NCBI GenBank assembly: GCA_963799485.1
Contig: CAWCXJ010000005.1
Span: 170,480-234,479, forward strand
Source: an uncultured Trueperaceae bacterium
GTDB lineage: Bacteria; Deinococcota; Deinococci; Deinococcales; Trueperaceae
DNA: 64,000 bases
Direction of reading: 5' to 3'
A model generated the notes under the pieces. That model searched no databases, was not told where the DNA came from, and was given only the letters and a program-made list of their open reading frames with translations. Numbering within the stretch: the first letter of the stretch is position 1; each line of letters begins with the position of its first letter. The position numbers and the translations under genes are program-made. This document shows, in pieces, positions 1 through 9,861 of the stretch.

Positions 1-1
1 A

Positions 2-481
2 GACCTCGAGACCATCCTCCGCTGCGCCGTCCGCGTCCCCGACCACGGCAAACTGACGCCGTGGCGGATTCAGGTCGCCCGCAAAGAGGCCCAGGCGAGA
101 TTGGGGGTGGTCTTTGCCGACATCTACGCCAAAAAGAACCCCGACGCCGGTAAAGAGCGCTTGGAGCTCGAGCGTCAGCGTCCGCAACGTGCGCCGCTGC
201 TGCTTATCGTCAGCACCAAAATCGATTCCCAGCCCATCCCGCGCCCTGAACAGCTTTTGTCCGGCGGCGCAGTCTGTCAAAATATCCTCATCGCCGCGAC
301 TGCGCTGGGTTACGCCTCGCAGTGGCTTTCGGAATGGGTGAATTACGACCCGGACGTTAAAGCGCATTTGGGTATTTCTCCAACCGATGAGATTTTGGGG
401 TTTATGTATCTCGGCAGCGCGAGCGAAAAGCCGAAAGAGCGCCCCAGACCCGAATTAGAAGAGATTGTCAGCTACCTGTGA
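2..481 (+). CDS. Nitroreductase family protein (YdjA-like), 5' end outside the window
   Basis: Open frame from base 2 reads [39 protein letters not shown] and GFMYLGS motifs. Confidence 0.88.
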   Translation, partial: DLETILRCAVRVPDHGKLTPWRIQVARKEAQARLGVVFADIYAKKNPDAGKERLELERQRPQRAPLLLIVSTKIDSQPIPRPEQLLSGGAVCQNILIAATALGYASQWLSEWVNYDPDVKAHLGISPTDEILGFMYLGSASEKPKERPRPELEEIVSYL

Positions 482-506
482 AGTTCACTTCCCCGGAGGA
501 AACCTC

Positions 507-1508
507 GTGAAAAAGCTGATTATTTTACTCGGTCTAATTATGCTTGGTTTTAGCTACGCACAGGAATGTGAGGAAGGTTTCCGGTTCTTCGACCATGAAC
601 TTTTGGCGACCGAACCCCTTTGCATCCCCGAAAATCCCGAACGTATTCTCGCTCTCGACATGGCGTCGGTGGAAATGACGCTGCTGACAGGAAAAAATCT
701 GGTGGGCACGGCGAACTGGATTCTGAGCGAACTGCCCCTCTTGGAGACCCGCTTCGCCGACGCCCTCGAGAGTGCTGAGGACGTGGGCTATCCTGCGAAC
801 CTGGAGCAAACACTTTTACTCGCGCCCGATCTCATCTTGGCGGTCGGCACCAGCGTTGCGGGGGACACCATCGACGCCTCCGCGGCAGGCGAGATTGCGC
901 CTGTGGTGCTCGCTGACCCCGCCGTGTTCGACGACTGGCAGCTCGGCATGTCGTTCTGGGCAGAGGTGTTAGGGACACAAGACCTCTACACCGAGATGTT
1001 GACGAACTACGAAACCCGCGTGGGCGAACTTAGGAGCGAACTGGGCAATGCGAGCGAAACGACCATCTCGCTCGTGCCCATCGCCGGAGGCAGCGTCTAT
1101 ATGTGGATGCCCGACACCGCGCCCGGCAGCATCCTAGAGGACGTGGGCTTCGCCCGCCCGGAGCCGCAAAGCTTGGAGGCTGAAGCCGCCCAGGAGCGCT
1201 ACGGTGCAGCGCAGTACATCCAGGTTTCCGAGGAGCGCTATGACCTCTTGGACGCAGACGTTATCTTCTACTTCACCTACGCCGCCTCCGACCCCGGAAC
1301 CGCCGGAAAAGAGGCGGGCAACGTGAGGGCGCTGGAGCAAAACCCCCTCTGGCAGTCTTTGAGCGCAGTGCAAAACGACCGAGCCTATTTCGTGCCGGGC
1401 TACTGGTGGCGGGCGCAGACATACCTACTTGCCAATAAAGTTCTTGACGATATGTTTATTAACCTGGCGGGCGCGGAGGCAGATACGCCTGTGCTCGAGC
1501 TGCCGTAA
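507..1508 (+). CDS. Iron-siderophore ABC transporter substrate-binding protein
   Basis: GGAGG then GTG at 507; signal peptide; [21 protein letters not shown] and [12 protein letters not shown] motifs of FhuD/FecB-type proteins. Confidence 0.88.
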   Translation: MKKLIILLGLIMLGFSYAQECEEGFRFFDHELLATEPLCIPENPERILALDMASVEMTLLTGKNLVGTANWILSELPLLETRFADALESAEDVGYPANLEQTLLLAPDLILAVGTSVAGDTIDASAAGEIAPVVLADPAVFDDWQLGMSFWAEVLGTQDLYTEMLTNYETRVGELRSELGNASETTISLVPIAGGSVYMWMPDTAPGSILEDVGFARPEPQSLEAEAAQERYGAAQYIQVSEERYDLLDADVIFYFTYAASDPGTAGKEAGNVRALEQNPLWQSLSAVQNDRAYFVPGYWWRAQTYLLANKVLDDMFINLAGAEADTPVLELP

Positions 1509-1538
1509 AACCATTTGCTCACATTGCAGAGGATACCT

Positions 1539-2558
1539 ATGACTATCAAACCGTTTCGCACCGAAAGAGCCGAGGGCTTGCTCGTCGTTTACAGCGGCAA
1601 CCGGCCCGTAGACGCCGCCGCCTTTCAGACCTTTTTAGACCGCTGGGCCGAGCAACTCGGCAGGGGCGAGCGTTTCGGCGTCGTGCTGGTCTACGAAGCT
1701 TACGAATACGAACAAAAAGTACGCGACGCCGCCGAAGAAGACCGCTTTACCCACGCGATGGGTGAGTTTCGCCGCCGTCACCGCGAAGCGGCAAACCGGC
1801 TCTGCACCGGGGTGTCGCGGGTGTTTCCCGCCGAGTGGCTCGCCGGGCTGGACGCAGGGAAGACGGCGCGGTACGAGGCGCAGACGAGCCGGTTTGCGGC
1901 GTACACTTTCGGCGTGCGAGGCAAAAACTTTACGAGCCTGGACGAGGCGAAAGGGTGGCTTACGTCCATCTCTGATGAAGCGCCGCTGGCTTTAGGTGAG
2001 GAAGAAAAAAGTGATACAAGCCGTACCGGGTTTTATTACGGCAGCACCACGGGTACCACCGAGTTTGTGGCGGAGAAAATGCGGGACGCGGCTCTACTGA
2101 GGGGACTCGAGCTAACCCCCGTAAACATCGGCACCTTAAGCGACCCTCGAGACTTCTTAAAGCACGACCGGCTGATTTTAGGTATCCCTACCTGGAACGT
2201 CGGGCAGCTTCAGGACGACTGGCTCAGGCTCTACCCGAAACTGGACACGCTCGACTTTTCAGGCAAACAAGTGGCCCTTTTCGGTGTGGGCGACCAAGTG
2301 GGCTACCCGGACAATTTTCTCGACGCGCTCGGCACGTTAGGTCAAAAATTGCACGAGCGCGGCGCAGAGCTTGTCGGTTCTTGGTCTACAGCAGGCTACG
2401 ACTTCACCGCCTCCAAAGCGCAAGTCGGCGACCGGTTTATGGGTTTGGGTATCGACGACTACAACCAAGAAGACCTGACAGAAGACCGCGTCACACGTTG
2501 GTTGGGGCAAATTCAAAGAGAGTTCGGCGCGACCAGACGCCTTATGGAGTACGCATGA
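1539..2558 (+). CDS. Long-chain flavodoxin with a ~150-aa N-terminal extra domain (STAS/SEC14-like)
   Basis: C-terminal YGSTTGTTE, LGIPTWNVGQLQDDW and FGVGDQVGYPDNFLDA motifs; N-terminal domain ends FTSLDEAKGWL. Confidence 0.85.
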   Translation: MTIKPFRTERAEGLLVVYSGNRPVDAAAFQTFLDRWAEQLGRGERFGVVLVYEAYEYEQKVRDAAEEDRFTHAMGEFRRRHREAANRLCTGVSRVFPAEWLAGLDAGKTARYEAQTSRFAAYTFGVRGKNFTSLDEAKGWLTSISDEAPLALGEEEKSDTSRTGFYYGSTTGTTEFVAEKMRDAALLRGLELTPVNIGTLSDPRDFLKHDRLILGIPTWNVGQLQDDWLRLYPKLDTLDFSGKQVALFGVGDQVGYPDNFLDALGTLGQKLHERGAELVGSWSTAGYDFTASKAQVGDRFMGLGIDDYNQEDLTEDRVTRWLGQIQREFGATRRLMEYA

Positions 2559-3496
2559 AAAAAATCCTGCTGAGTTTCCTCGTCCTTTTCCTCGGTACTA
2601 CCTTCGCCCAGGGCTTTCCCGTCACCATCCCCCACAAGTTCGGCGCGACCACCCTTCAAGAAAAACCCAAACGCATCGTCAGTTTGGGGTACACCGAACA
2701 AGACACGCTGTTCGCCCTGGGAGCCGAACCGGTCGCCGTCCGCTACTTTTTCGGTGACGCGCCGGGCGCGATTTTCCCCTGGGCGGCGGACGCGGCGGGC
2801 ACTGCCCAACCGGAAGTCCTCAATATGCCTTACGGCACGCTCAACTACGAGGCGATTCTCGCCCTAAAGCCCGACCTCATCACGGCGGTCGGCGCGGGCA
2901 TTACTGAGGCGGAATACGAAACGCTTTCACAGATTGCGCCGACCCTCGCGCAGTCGGACGACTACATCGATTTCGGCACGCCGTGGCAGGAGCAGGTGCG
3001 GCGTATCGCCCTGGCTCTCGGGGAGACGGCTCGCGGCGAAGCACTCGTGCGTGGGCTCGAGGCCGAATTCGAGCAGGTTCGTCAGGCGTACCCCGAATTT
3101 GCCGGAAAAACCGTCGCCGTCGCCTACAACAGCGGGGGCACGTACGGCTTTTACACCGCACAGGACGCGAGGGCACGTTTTTTCGAAGACTTGGGCTTTG
3201 TCGTCCCGCAAAGCCTCGTAGACCTAGCCGGTGAGAGCTTTTACGCCGATGTAAGCGAGGAGCGCCTCGACCTCCTGGATCAAGACCTGCTCGTTTTGCT
3301 CGACGTACCGTTTGCCGAAGCGGGCACACAGGGGCCTACAGACGACCCGCTCTTGTCGCAGCTCGGCGCGGTGCAAGCGGGGCGGGTGCTAAACGTCAGC
3401 GGTGACGAGGTAGACGCCCTGCAGTTCGGGACGGTGCTGAGTCTGGGCTACCTGCTGGAGAACCTCGTACCCGAAGTGGCGGCAGTCGTAGAGTAA
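2555..3496 (+). CDS. Iron-siderophore ABC transporter substrate-binding protein (second)
   Basis: ATGA overlap with the flavodoxin stop; signal peptide; VTIPHKFGATT..KPKRIVSLG and NYEAILALKPDLI motifs. Confidence 0.9.
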   Translation: MKKILLSFLVLFLGTTFAQGFPVTIPHKFGATTLQEKPKRIVSLGYTEQDTLFALGAEPVAVRYFFGDAPGAIFPWAADAAGTAQPEVLNMPYGTLNYEAILALKPDLITAVGAGITEAEYETLSQIAPTLAQSDDYIDFGTPWQEQVRRIALALGETARGEALVRGLEAEFEQVRQAYPEFAGKTVAVAYNSGGTYGFYTAQDARARFFEDLGFVVPQSLVDLAGESFYADVSEERLDLLDQDLLVLLDVPFAEAGTQGPTDDPLLSQLGAVQAGRVLNVSGDEVDALQFGTVLSLGYLLENLVPEVAAVVE

Positions 3497-3530
3497 CTAC
3501 ACCGTAACTACGGTTGGTTCAGACGAAAGA

Positions 3531-3590
3531 AGCGACCGCTACAGCCTTTGACGCTCGCTCGAAGGGTGGTCGCTCAATTCCGAGTATAAT
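3531..3590 (+). promoter_or_regulatory. Intercistronic stem-loop followed by a consensus -10 box (TATAAT 3585-3590)
   Basis: agcgacc...ggtcgct outer arms with an inner ccttt/gaagg stem; perfect TATAAT 30 nt before the permease start. Confidence 0.45.
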
Positions 3591-3619
3591 GCTCTAGATT
3601 ACAGGTACTCGAGGTTCTA

Positions 3620-4642
3620 ATGGCTTATTCTACCTCTCCCCGTGCGAAAACGCTGCAACGTTCCAAATGGTTGGGCTTGGCGCTCGGTTTGGGTTTGCTG
3701 CTCGCGTGTTTAGCGCTCAGCGTCACCTTAGGCGCAGCGGACATCTCGGTCGGGACGGTGTTCGCCGCGCTGTTTCGCGCCAACGGGTCGCTCGAGCATC
3801 TCGTCATCCGCACGGTGCGTTTGCCCAGGGTACTCGCGGGCGCGGTTGTCGGCGCAGCTTTGGCAGTTGCGGGCGCAATCATGCAGGGGCTGACCCGTAA
3901 CCCGCTGGCGTCGCCGAGTATTTTAGGCGTCAACGCGGGGGCGTCGTTCGCCGTCGTTTTAGCGGTGTTGATTCTGGGGAGCCCGCCGTTCTCGCTTTAC
4001 GCTTTGTTCGCCTTTATCGGCGCGGCGGTAGCCGCTGCGTTCGTCTACGCGCTCGGTTCGGTCGGGCGCAGCGGCGCGACACCCCTCAAACTGACGCTGG
4101 CGGGCGCGGTTTTTACGGCGTTTGTGAGTTCGTTTACCACTGCGATTCTGATTATGAGTCAGAGTACGCTCGAGCAGGTGCGTTTCTGGACGGCGGGCTC
4201 GTTGGCGGGTCGTGAGCTGCCGCTGCTGCTCGGGACAGCACCTTATATTTTGGTCGGGCTCGTCGGCGCGATGTTTTTAGGACGGCAGCTCACCGCGCTC
4301 AGCCTGGGCGACGACGTAGCGACAGGTTTGGGACAAAACACGGGCTGGCTCAAAGCGCTCGCAGCGGTGCTGGTCGTACTTTTGGCGGGGGGTGCGGTGG
4401 CGCTCGCGGGGCCGGTCGGGTTTGTCGGTCTGATTGTACCGCACGTCGTGCGTTTTCTCGTCGGGGTCGATTACCGCTGGATACTGCCGTACTCGGCGCT
4501 TCTGGGCGGGGTGCTGGTGACACTCGCAGACATCGGAGCGAGACTCGTTATCCGGCCACAGGAGTTGCCGGTAGGTGTGATCATGGCGCTTATCGGCGCG
4601 CCTTTTTTTATCTATCTGGCGCGTACCAGGGTGCGGCGCTGA
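3620..4642 (+). CDS. FecCD-family iron ABC permease
   Basis: RLPRVL, QGLTRNPLASPSILGVNAGA and GPVGFVGLIVPH motifs. Confidence 0.95.
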   Translation: MAYSTSPRAKTLQRSKWLGLALGLGLLLACLALSVTLGAADISVGTVFAALFRANGSLEHLVIRTVRLPRVLAGAVVGAALAVAGAIMQGLTRNPLASPSILGVNAGASFAVVLAVLILGSPPFSLYALFAFIGAAVAAAFVYALGSVGRSGATPLKLTLAGAVFTAFVSSFTTAILIMSQSTLEQVRFWTAGSLAGRELPLLLGTAPYILVGLVGAMFLGRQLTALSLGDDVATGLGQNTGWLKALAAVLVVLLAGGAVALAGPVGFVGLIVPHVVRFLVGVDYRWILPYSALLGGVLVTLADIGARLVIRPQELPVGVIMALIGAPFFIYLARTRVRR

Positions 4643-4708
4643 TGCTGCACGAATCTATCAAGGTGCGGCGCTGATGCTGCACGAATCTATCAAGGTGCGG
4701 CGCTGATG
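4630..4708 (+). repeat. 32-bp tandem repeat (~2.5 copies) spanning the permease stop/start junction
   Basis: ggtgcggcgctgatgctgcacgaatctatcaa at 4630 and 4662; partial copy at 4694. Confidence 0.95.
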
Positions 4709-5782
4709 GCGCACAGGTTACAACCTGAAACCCGGCAAGGTGGCGCGGGAACCTGGCATACCGTCCGTCTGGGCAAACGGGTTTCTTTTCGCCTCGACCG
4801 GCGTGCCCTGCCTGTCCTGCTCGTGCTGCTCTTTTTGCTCTTGGCAGTCGCGGTTTTAAGCGTGAGCTACGGCGAGTACAAGATTGCGCCGCTCGACGTG
4901 GTGCGGGCGACGCTGGGTTTGGAGACCGGCAACGACGATTACCCTTTGGTGGTGCGGCTGTTTCGCTTGCCGCGTATCGTGCTGGCGGCGCTCGTCGGGG
5001 CGGCGCTGGCGGTCTCCGGGGCGGTTTTGCAGGGCATTACGCACAACCCGCTCGCCGACCCCGGTATTCTGGGCATCAGCAGTGGCGCGGCGCTCGCTGC
5101 CGTTTCTCTGCTCATCTATTTTACGGCGGCCCCGGCCCTGCTTTTACCGTGGGCGGCGTTCGGCGGAGCGCTGCTGACGGCGGCGCTCATCTATCTGCTG
5201 GCGTGGCGCGGGGGCAGTTCGCCGCTGCGCCTGATTCTTATCGGTATCGGTTTCGCCGCCGCCGCGCAAGCCCTGACGACGCTCTTGGTCGTTTTTGGCG
5301 ACATCAGCGACGTGCAGCGGGCGTTCGTGTGGCTTTCAGGGAGTGTCTACGGGCGCGGTTGGGCGGACGTGCGGGTGCTGGCGCTGTGGCTCGCGGTTCT
5401 TTTACCGCTTACGTTCTTGAGCGCGCGGCAGCTCAATACGCTCTCCCTCGGGGACGAGAGTGCGACCGGGCTGGGGGTGGGGCTCGAGCGTACCAGGGCT
5501 TTTCTCAGCCTCCTGAGCGTCGCACTCGCCGCGGGCGCAGTCGCGGCGGCGGGTACGGTCGGGTTTGTCGGGCTCGTTGCGCCGCACATCACCCGGCGGC
5601 TGGTCGGCCCCGGGCACGAAGGCTTGCTCCCGGCGAGCGCCCTGACCGGTGCGCTGCTAGTCGTTACCGCCGACCTGATAGGGCGCACGGTCATCGCGCC
5701 GAGTCAACTGCCCGCCGGACTCGTCACGGCGGTTATCGGCGCACCCTATTTTATGTACCTGCTCTGGCGCTACCGGGATTAG
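4706..5782 (+). CDS. FecCD-family iron ABC permease (second)
   Basis: RLPRIV, NPLADPGILGISSGA and GTVGFVGLVAPH motifs. Confidence 0.95.
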   Translation: MAHRLQPETRQGGAGTWHTVRLGKRVSFRLDRRALPVLLVLLFLLLAVAVLSVSYGEYKIAPLDVVRATLGLETGNDDYPLVVRLFRLPRIVLAALVGAALAVSGAVLQGITHNPLADPGILGISSGAALAAVSLLIYFTAAPALLLPWAAFGGALLTAALIYLLAWRGGSSPLRLILIGIGFAAAAQALTTLLVVFGDISDVQRAFVWLSGSVYGRGWADVRVLALWLAVLLPLTFLSARQLNTLSLGDESATGLGVGLERTRAFLSLLSVALAAGAVAAAGTVGFVGLVAPHITRRLVGPGHEGLLPASALTGALLVVTADLIGRTVIAPSQLPAGLVTAVIGAPYFMYLLWRYRD

Positions 5783-5791
5783 GAGACGTTT

Positions 5792-6643
5792 ATGAAAACG
5801 GCTGTGAAGTCTACCCCCGACGCTATTTCTAATACAGCGGTCGATACCGCCCTGAGCGCCGACAACCTGACGCTTGCCTACGACCGGAACGTCGTGATTC
5901 GGGAGCTGGGCGTGACGATTCCTGCAGGGCAGGTCACGGCGCTTGTCGGCCCGAACGGGTGCGGCAAATCGACCTTGCTGCGGGCTTTGGCACGGCTCCT
6001 GAAACCTAGAGGTGGCGCTGTCTATCTCGACGGCGAGGCCATCGTCACACTTTCCACGAAGGCCGTCGCCAAAAAGTTGGGTATCTTGCCGCAAGGCCCG
6101 AGCGCTCCCGAAGGGCTCCGGGTGCGCGAACTTGTCGCGCAGGGGCGGTATCCGCACAGCGGGTTTTTGCAGGGCTGGTCACCCGCAGACGAGGCGGCGC
6201 TCCTCCGGGCGCTCACCATCACGCGGATGGAGGGGTTTGCCGACCGGCCCCTCGAGTCCCTTTCCGGCGGTCAAAAACAGCGCGCCTGGATTGCCATGAC
6301 CTTGGCGCAGGAAACGCCGATTCTCTTACTCGACGAACCCACGACGTTTCTTGACATGGCCCATCAGGTCGAAGTCTTGTCATTGTTGGACGAACTCAAC
6401 GAACGCGAGGGGCGCACCATTGTGATGGTCTTGCACGACGTCAACCAGGCCTGCCGTTACGCGCATCACCTGATTGCGCTTAAGGGCGGTGAAATTATCA
6501 AACAGGGGAGTCCGGCTGAAGTCATCGACGCTGCGCTCCTCCGCGAAGTCTTCGGCCTCGAGTGCCTCGTCGTCCCCGACCCCGTAAGCGGTACGCCGCT
6601 CTGCCTGCCGCAAAGTTACCCGTTACGCGTGCAGCGGCCCTGA
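5792..6643 (+). CDS. Iron-siderophore ABC transporter ATP-binding protein (FecE/FhuC-like)
   Basis: Walker [17 protein letters not shown] signature, [11 protein letters not shown]. Confidence 0.95.
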   Translation: MKTAVKSTPDAISNTAVDTALSADNLTLAYDRNVVIRELGVTIPAGQVTALVGPNGCGKSTLLRALARLLKPRGGAVYLDGEAIVTLSTKAVAKKLGILPQGPSAPEGLRVRELVAQGRYPHSGFLQGWSPADEAALLRALTITRMEGFADRPLESLSGGQKQRAWIAMTLAQETPILLLDEPTTFLDMAHQVEVLSLLDELNEREGRTIVMVLHDVNQACRYAHHLIALKGGEIIKQGSPAEVIDAALLREVFGLECLVVPDPVSGTPLCLPQSYPLRVQRP

Positions 6644-6706
6644 TTTCGGCCCGCTTGGGCTTGCGTCTCGAGTCCACCCGCTTTAGTTTCTTGGGTGTCC
6701 ACTACG

Positions 6707-7012
6707 CTAGCCGTTTACACCACGCCCACCTACCACGCGTAACTTGGCACCTTCAGGTTTCCCGTTCATCAGCAGCGTCGCCTCTGAAATAAGCGCCCGC
6801 ACCTGCTCGTCTTTGAGCGACGCGTCATGCGCTTCTTCGTCGTCCCACATTTCATAAATCCAGATAGCGGTTTCGTCCGCTAAATCTTCGTTGACGATGT
6901 AGAGGTGACAACCGGGAAACTTACCTACGAGGGCAGCCGCTCGGGTCATAATCTCGACAAACTCAGCTCGTTTGCCCGCTTGCGCTGTGAGTTTTCCGTA
7001 CAAACCGTACAT
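6707..7012 (-). CDS. Antibiotic-biosynthesis/quinol monooxygenase (ABM) family protein
   Basis: GGAAAGAGG before the ATG at 7012; MYGLYGKLTAQAGKR..GCHLY..IWIYEMW..AHDASL. Confidence 0.8.
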   Translation of the reverse strand: MYGLYGKLTAQAGKRAEFVEIMTRAAALVGKFPGCHLYIVNEDLADETAIWIYEMWDDEEAHDASLKDEQVRALISEATLLMNGKPEGAKLRVVGGRGVNG

Positions 7013-7062
7013 AACTACCTCTTTCCAAGCTCTTGTCAAAGTAGACTGTCTGGACGCTCTAC

Positions 7063-7902
7063 TTATTTTTTACGCGCCGCCTCGAGCGCGTCCCACTGCT
7101 CGGGCGTCACCTCATCCAGAATGTTGAACTCACCGCCGTTCCAAGCGGTTTCGCCGCCGTCTATGGCGATCAGGTCGCCGGTGATAAATGCCGCCGCGTC
7201 TGAAATCAGGTAGCTCGCCAGGTTCGCCAGTTCCAGGTGTTCACCTACCCGCCCCAGCGGAATCTGCTTTTCAAACAGCTCCCCGATCTCCGGGGTCGGC
7301 ATCAGGCGGCTCCACGCGCCCTCGGTCGGAAACGGCCCCGGTGCGACGGCGTTCAAACGAATCCCATACTTGCCCCATTCGGCAGCCAGCGATTTGGTCA
7401 ACGCCACCACGCCTGCTTTCGCCGCTGCCGAGGGCACCACGTAGCCCGAACCCGACGCCGCATAAGTGGTGGCGATATTCAAGACGGTGCCCTTTTGCGC
7501 TTGGGCAATCCAGCGTTTGCCGAGCTCGAGGGTGCAGTAAAACGTCCCGTGCAGCACGATATTGAGCACCGCGTCTACGGCTCTCGGTGACAGCCGTTCG
7601 GTCGGCGAGATAAAGTTTCCGGCGGCGTTGTTGACCAAAACGTCCACCTGCCCGAAGTGCGCTTCGGCGTCGTCAATCATCGCCGCGACCTGCGCCGGGT
7701 CGCGCACGTCGCACGTGACCGGTAGCACCTCACCGTCCATCTCACTCGCGGCGTCTTGCAAGACCGCCTCGCGCCGCCCCGAAATCACGAGCTTCGCGCC
7801 CAGCGAAAGAAACCGTTCGCCCATCGCCCGCCCGAGGCCGGTACCGCCGCCCGTTATGAGGACGACCTTACCTTGCAACAAGTTCTTGGCAAATACTTCC
7901 AT
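7063..7902 (-). CDS. SDR oxidoreductase, 2,4-dienoyl-CoA reductase-like
   Basis: TGGGTGLG, NNAAGNF, PSAAAKAG and EWGKYGIRLNAVAPGP motifs. Confidence 0.9.
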   Translation of the reverse strand: MEVFAKNLLQGKVVLITGGGTGLGRAMGERFLSLGAKLVISGRREAVLQDAASEMDGEVLPVTCDVRDPAQVAAMIDDAEAHFGQVDVLVNNAAGNFISPTERLSPRAVDAVLNIVLHGTFYCTLELGKRWIAQAQKGTVLNIATTYAASGSGYVVPSAAAKAGVVALTKSLAAEWGKYGIRLNAVAPGPFPTEGAWSRLMPTPEIGELFEKQIPLGRVGEHLELANLASYLISDAAAFITGDLIAIDGGETAWNGGEFNILDEVTPEQWDALEAARKK

Positions 7903-7991
7903 CTTGTAAGCCTCCCGTCAGCATACCGTGTTCGTGAGACGTCACCCGCTGGCTTTATGTAGGCTATGCTACTGTCGCACGGGGGTTTATC

Positions 7992-8240
7992 TTGGCCTGG
8001 CAAGCTGACATCATCGAGACCAGAGAGGCGCACCTGCGGGCGGTGCTCGCCGAGTGTGCGCGTGACTGGCACCTGGTAATCCGGGATTATCTGATTTGTC
8101 TCGAGGCGGCCGAGCGCGCCGGAGACAGGCGCGCCACGCGGTTCTTCGCTGCCAAACTGGTTACGGCCTACAGCGCCATCGGTTTGACCGACAAAGCGCG
8201 TGGCTACAGTGAAGTTGCTACCGCGAGGCGGCAGCAATGA
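7992..8240 (+). CDS. Small hypothetical helical protein
   Basis: 82-aa ORF filling the intergenic space with typical codon usage. Confidence 0.5.
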   Translation: MAWQADIIETREAHLRAVLAECARDWHLVIRDYLICLEAAERAGDRRATRFFAAKLVTAYSAIGLTDKARGYSEVATARRQQ

Positions 8241-8280
8241 GGTTGCCACACCGAGGTTGCCACACCAAGGTTGCCACAGC
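8239..8280 (+). repeat. 14-bp tandem repeat x3
   Basis: gaggttgccacacc / gaggttgccacacc / aaggttgccacagc. Confidence 0.85.
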
Positions 8281-8369
8281 AAGCCGGAGTCGTCTTAGCC
8301 TGGAAATAAACGGGCTCGGAGGTAAAAAGAGGTAAACAGGCTCGGCGGTAAACGGTAAGATACCAGGCG

Positions 8370-8807
8370 ATGAACTATGCGGCGTTACTGGCCCTGCTCG
8401 CGGCGCTCGCTTTTACCGCGCCGTTTCTGGTCAATCTAGCGTCGCGCCTCGGCATCCCCCGGGCACTCGGAATTGTGACCACGCTCGTCGGCGCAGTTTT
8501 TCTGCTAGGCTGGCTGTTGGTACGTGAGCGGGTCGAAAGGCACCAGCGGCTCGAGGCGCGCATCAGCATCCTGCAGACGCGCCGGAGCCGCGCGCCCCAA
8601 GACCCGGAAAGTTACTTTTTGGCGGGTGAACATTTAGGCGATTTGCTCGAGCAGGTTGGGCGGCCCCGCGAAGCTCTGAGGGTTTTTGAAGCTTACGCAA
8701 GACTGCTTAAACGAACCGGCACAGCGGCGGAGCAGCAGGCGACGGCCGAAACTATCGCTGCACTCCGGAAAGAACTCGCCGAAAGGGAGGATGATGCAAG
8801 CATATAA
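8370..8807 (+). CDS. Hypothetical membrane protein with a TPR-like C-terminus
   Basis: Two N-terminal hydrophobic segments; HLGDLLEQVGRPREAL. Confidence 0.65.
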   Translation: MNYAALLALLAALAFTAPFLVNLASRLGIPRALGIVTTLVGAVFLLGWLLVRERVERHQRLEARISILQTRRSRAPQDPESYFLAGEHLGDLLEQVGRPREALRVFEAYARLLKRTGTAAEQQATAETIAALRKELAEREDDASI

Positions 8808-8991
8808 AGGAATTCTCAGGAACGGTGTGGTGGTCTTACCCGAGGGGGTTCGGCTCCCTGAAGGTGTTACGGTTACGGTCACCGTCAGTGAAGTCGAGCT
8901 GTTACGCGCCCGGATGCGGCTGGCGCTGATTCGCAACGCACCCCGGCGGACCCGCGCCCGGACGCTCGTCCCCGACGCGGTAACCGGTTGA
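8791..8991 (+). CDS. DUF104/AF2212-like (AbrB-fold) antitoxin-like small protein
   Basis: GGGAGG directly before the start; YKGILRNGVVVLPEGVRLPEGVTVTV. Confidence 0.6.
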   Translation: MMQAYKGILRNGVVVLPEGVRLPEGVTVTVTVSEVELLRARMRLALIRNAPRRTRARTLVPDAVTG

Positions 8992-9012
8992 GGCTGAACT
9001 AGGCCGCGTTGG

Positions 9013-9813
9013 ATGGCTGAAGTCACGCTCGTTCCAACGCCGATCGGCAACCTAGAAGACATCACCTTGCGGGCGCTGCGTGTGCTGCACGAAGCCGACG
9101 TTATCGCTGCCGAAGATACCCGGCACAGCGGCAAGCTTTTGGCGCACTTCGAGATTTCGGGGCGGCTCGAGCGCCTAGACGCCCACACCATTACGGCTCG
9201 GGCTCCTGGGTTACTCGAGCAATACACCCGCATCGCTTTCGTCACCGACGCCGGAACCCCCGGTTTATCCGACCCCGGCGTAGAACTCGTGCAGCTTGCG
9301 CTCGCGGGCGGACACAACGTCGAGGTGCTGCCCGGCCCGACCGCTCTGATTCCCGCCCTCGTCTTGTCCGGATTACCGCTTGCCCGCTTTTCTTACGAAG
9401 GTTTTTTGCCCCGTAAAGGGGCCTCCCGACGTGAACGCCTTACTGCTATCGCCAAAAGCCCGCAAACCGTCGCGTTTTACGAGTCGCCCAAACGTTTAGC
9501 GGCGACGCTGGACGACCTGATTGAAGTGTGCGGCGAGGCCCGTTCGGTCAGCGTCTCTCGTGAACTGACCAAGCACTTTGAAACGACCTACCGAGGAACT
9601 TTGACTGAAGTGCGGGCGCAACTCGCGGGCGAAGTCAAGGGCGAATGTGTGGTCGTGGTGGGGCCGAGAGAGACGCCTGAAACCGTGGACTTTTCCGGTT
9701 TGGCCGAGACGCTCGCCGAGTCGGGGCTGTCGGGGCGGGCGCTAAGAGAAGCGCTGACTGAGGCGGGTGCGCCGCGTAACTTGGCGTATGAGCTGGCTCT
9801 GGCGAACACTTAA
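9013..9813 (+). CDS. rsmI: 16S rRNA (cytidine1402-2'-O)-methyltransferase
   Basis: VPTPIGNLEDITLRAL, AEDTR, DAGTPGLSDPG, YESPKRL and RELTKHFE motifs. Confidence 0.97.
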   Translation: MAEVTLVPTPIGNLEDITLRALRVLHEADVIAAEDTRHSGKLLAHFEISGRLERLDAHTITARAPGLLEQYTRIAFVTDAGTPGLSDPGVELVQLALAGGHNVEVLPGPTALIPALVLSGLPLARFSYEGFLPRKGASRRERLTAIAKSPQTVAFYESPKRLAATLDDLIEVCGEARSVSVSRELTKHFETTYRGTLTEVRAQLAGEVKGECVVVVGPRETPETVDFSGLAETLAESGLSGRALREALTEAGAPRNLAYELALANT

Positions 9814-9861
9814 AGCTACGGGTTCTGGCAGCGGCTCAAAGGTCTGGCGTATGCTGTGAGT

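Noticed and set aside
2381..2554. N-terminal extension of the second binding protein
   Set aside because: Overlaps the flavodoxin; the signal peptide starts at 2555.
4630..4708. 32-bp repeat as a CRISPR array
   Set aside because: Units are contiguous with no unique spacers, and there are no cas genes.
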